A stretch of DNA of 64,000 bases from an uncultured delta proteobacterium (GTDB lineage Bacteria > Myxococcota_A > Polyangia > Polyangiales > JAFGIB01), in the NCBI GenBank assembly GCA_963778655.1, contig CAVZVA010000002.1, forward strand, positions 544,001 through 608,000. The letters are read 5' to 3'. Positions 60,862 to 64,000 of the stretch are shown here, one piece after another. The position numbers were made by a program, and so were the translations under genes. Within the stretch, counting starts at the first letter, position 1. Every line of letters begins with the position of its first letter. Below the pieces are notes generated by a model. The model was not told the origin of the DNA and made no database searches. It was given only the letters and a program-made list of their open reading frames with translations.

Positions 60862-61539
60862 ATGTACCGAACGCGCTTCGTCTTCCTTGTCTTCGCTATC
60901 GCTTGTGCATCGTCAGTCAGTGTGGCGCGCTCGCAAGATGCAGAGCAGCAGCCAGCCCCGGAAGGGGATTCGGTCGCGCTTCTGCAGGCCGCGCTGCTCA
61001 GCCGTGTCTCGCTCGGCAACGACCGCAAGGGCCACCCCGTGTATGCGGCGCACTGTCGTCACGCGGCGGGCGGATGCGATCAGCGCCTCGCCGCGTTCGC
61101 GCGCTACCTGGTCGATGCGGGCGAGACCTTCGGGATCGACCCCTGGCTGATGGCCGCCATGGCGTTCAAAGAGAGCGGTCTCAATCCCTTTGCCCGCGGA
61201 GCCAAGGGAGAGCTCGGGATCTTGCAGATCCACCCCAAGCGGCGTGATGCCCGCCAGGTACGTTTCATCCGCGATGGGTGGTATCGGATGCGCTGCCACC
61301 GGGAGCCTGGCGCCTGCCAGCGCGAAGTCGTCCAGCATGCGGCCCAGGTGCTGGCGCGCTCGCTGAGCTTGTGCGGCGGGGACATGTCGGCTGCCCTGGG
61401 CGCGTACAACACCGGCCGCTGCGGCGGGAACCGCCGCTACTCCAGGAGCGTGTTAATGGAGCGCGGCGAGCTGCGCCGGATGGCAGGGCTCGATACCCAG
61501 CAGGCGGCGGCGCCCCAGGGTCACCCCAGCCGCTCCTGA
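60862..61539 (+). CDS. Lytic transglycosylase (SLT domain) protein
   Basis: Signal peptide; IDPWLMAAMAFKES, GELGILQI, ALGAYNTG. Confidence 0.85.
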   Translation: MYRTRFVFLVFAIACASSVSVARSQDAEQQPAPEGDSVALLQAALLSRVSLGNDRKGHPVYAAHCRHAAGGCDQRLAAFARYLVDAGETFGIDPWLMAAMAFKESGLNPFARGAKGELGILQIHPKRRDARQVRFIRDGWYRMRCHREPGACQREVVQHAAQVLARSLSLCGGDMSAALGAYNTGRCGGNRRYSRSVLMERGELRRMAGLDTQQAAAPQGHPSRS

Positions 61540-61644
61540 GGCGATTCCCGCGGGCGAGCTCCCGTCCGGGCGCGGGTGCGCGTCGACCCTGGACGCTGCA
61601 CGGTACGTTCACCGAGCCGGCGGGCTCGCGTCGCGCGCGTTTCG

Positions 61645-63486
<1,842 letters not shown>

Positions 63487-63650
63487 GTGCTCGCTCCCTG
63501 GCCGCCGCGTTGGGTCCCACACCCGGCGCTCCGAGCAGCGATATTCCAGCAACCCCTGGTGGGGTCAAGCGGGACCGCGACTGCCGAGCAGCCTAGCGAT
63601 CCAAGTCCCTTTGCTGGACGGTGCGATCAAAACGCCCTACAACGCGCCGC

Positions 63651-64000
63651 ATGCGCTTGTGGCCGCACCTGGAGACGCTGGCCGCCCAGGCGATCGCGCA
63701 GGCCCACGGCCGCGAGGCGCCGGCGCTGTTGCGGCCGGCCGACCCGATCCACGGCGACTATCAGGTCAACGGCGTGATGGCGCTGGCCAAGCAGCTCGGC
63801 AGACCGCCCCGCGAGCTGGCCGAGCCCGTGGCCCGGGCCCTCGTCCAGAACGAGTGCGTGCAGAGCGCCGAGGTGGCCGGTCCGGGCTTCATCAACCTGC
63901 GCCTGAGCCTGCCCTGGCTCGCGGGCGTGCTGGCGCAGACCGCGGGCGACACCGAGCGGGACGGCGTCCCGCGGGTGCAAGCCCCGCTGCGCACCGTGGT
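63651..64000 (+). CDS. argS: Arginine-tRNA ligase, N-terminal part (3' truncated by the window)
   Basis: My translation from ATG 63651 gives HGDYQVNGVMALAKQLGRPPRELA..EVAGPGFINL, the ArgRS N-terminal domain. Confidence 0.9.
   Translation, partial: MRLWPHLETLAAQAIAQAHGREAPALLRPADPIHGDYQVNGVMALAKQLGRPPRELAEPVARALVQNECVQSAEVAGPGFINLRLSLPWLAGVLAQTAGDTERDGVPRVQAPLRTV

Overview
Very GC-rich bacterial DNA. The gene content points to Myxococcota, probably Polyangiaceae/Sandaracinaceae-like: multiple Hanks-type Ser/Thr kinases, Cys- and Gly-rich lipoproteins, a MYXO-CTERM tail and a bactofilin. About 43 protein-coding genes can be supported, including dnaE2, imuA/imuB, rimO, ahcY with a SahR-type ArsR-methyltransferase, and a partial argS. 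I found no rRNA, tRNA, CRISPR array or transposase. Most of the long alternative-frame ORFs in the track are GC shadows. Main observations: (1) a 6.4 kb ORF joins a TraB-like OmpA/TSP3 beta-barrel protein in frame to a TraA-like Cys-rich MYXO-CTERM lipoprotein that keeps its own RBS, ATG and lipobox; (2) a palindromic repeat family occurs as a 5 x 99 bp tandem array and as a 120 bp in-frame insertion inside dnaE2; (3) a circularly permuted ATP-grasp ligase is fused to an M32 carboxypeptidase; (4) an HhH / pentapeptide-bactofilin fusion / bactofilin operon is preceded by tandem DnaA-box-like motifs; (5) the imuAB-dnaE2 cassette is split, and both halves carry a similar CTG-N10-CAG box; (6) there is a truncated VapC toxin and a frameshifted kinase-TPR gene. 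All calls come from reading motifs by eye; no database search was run.
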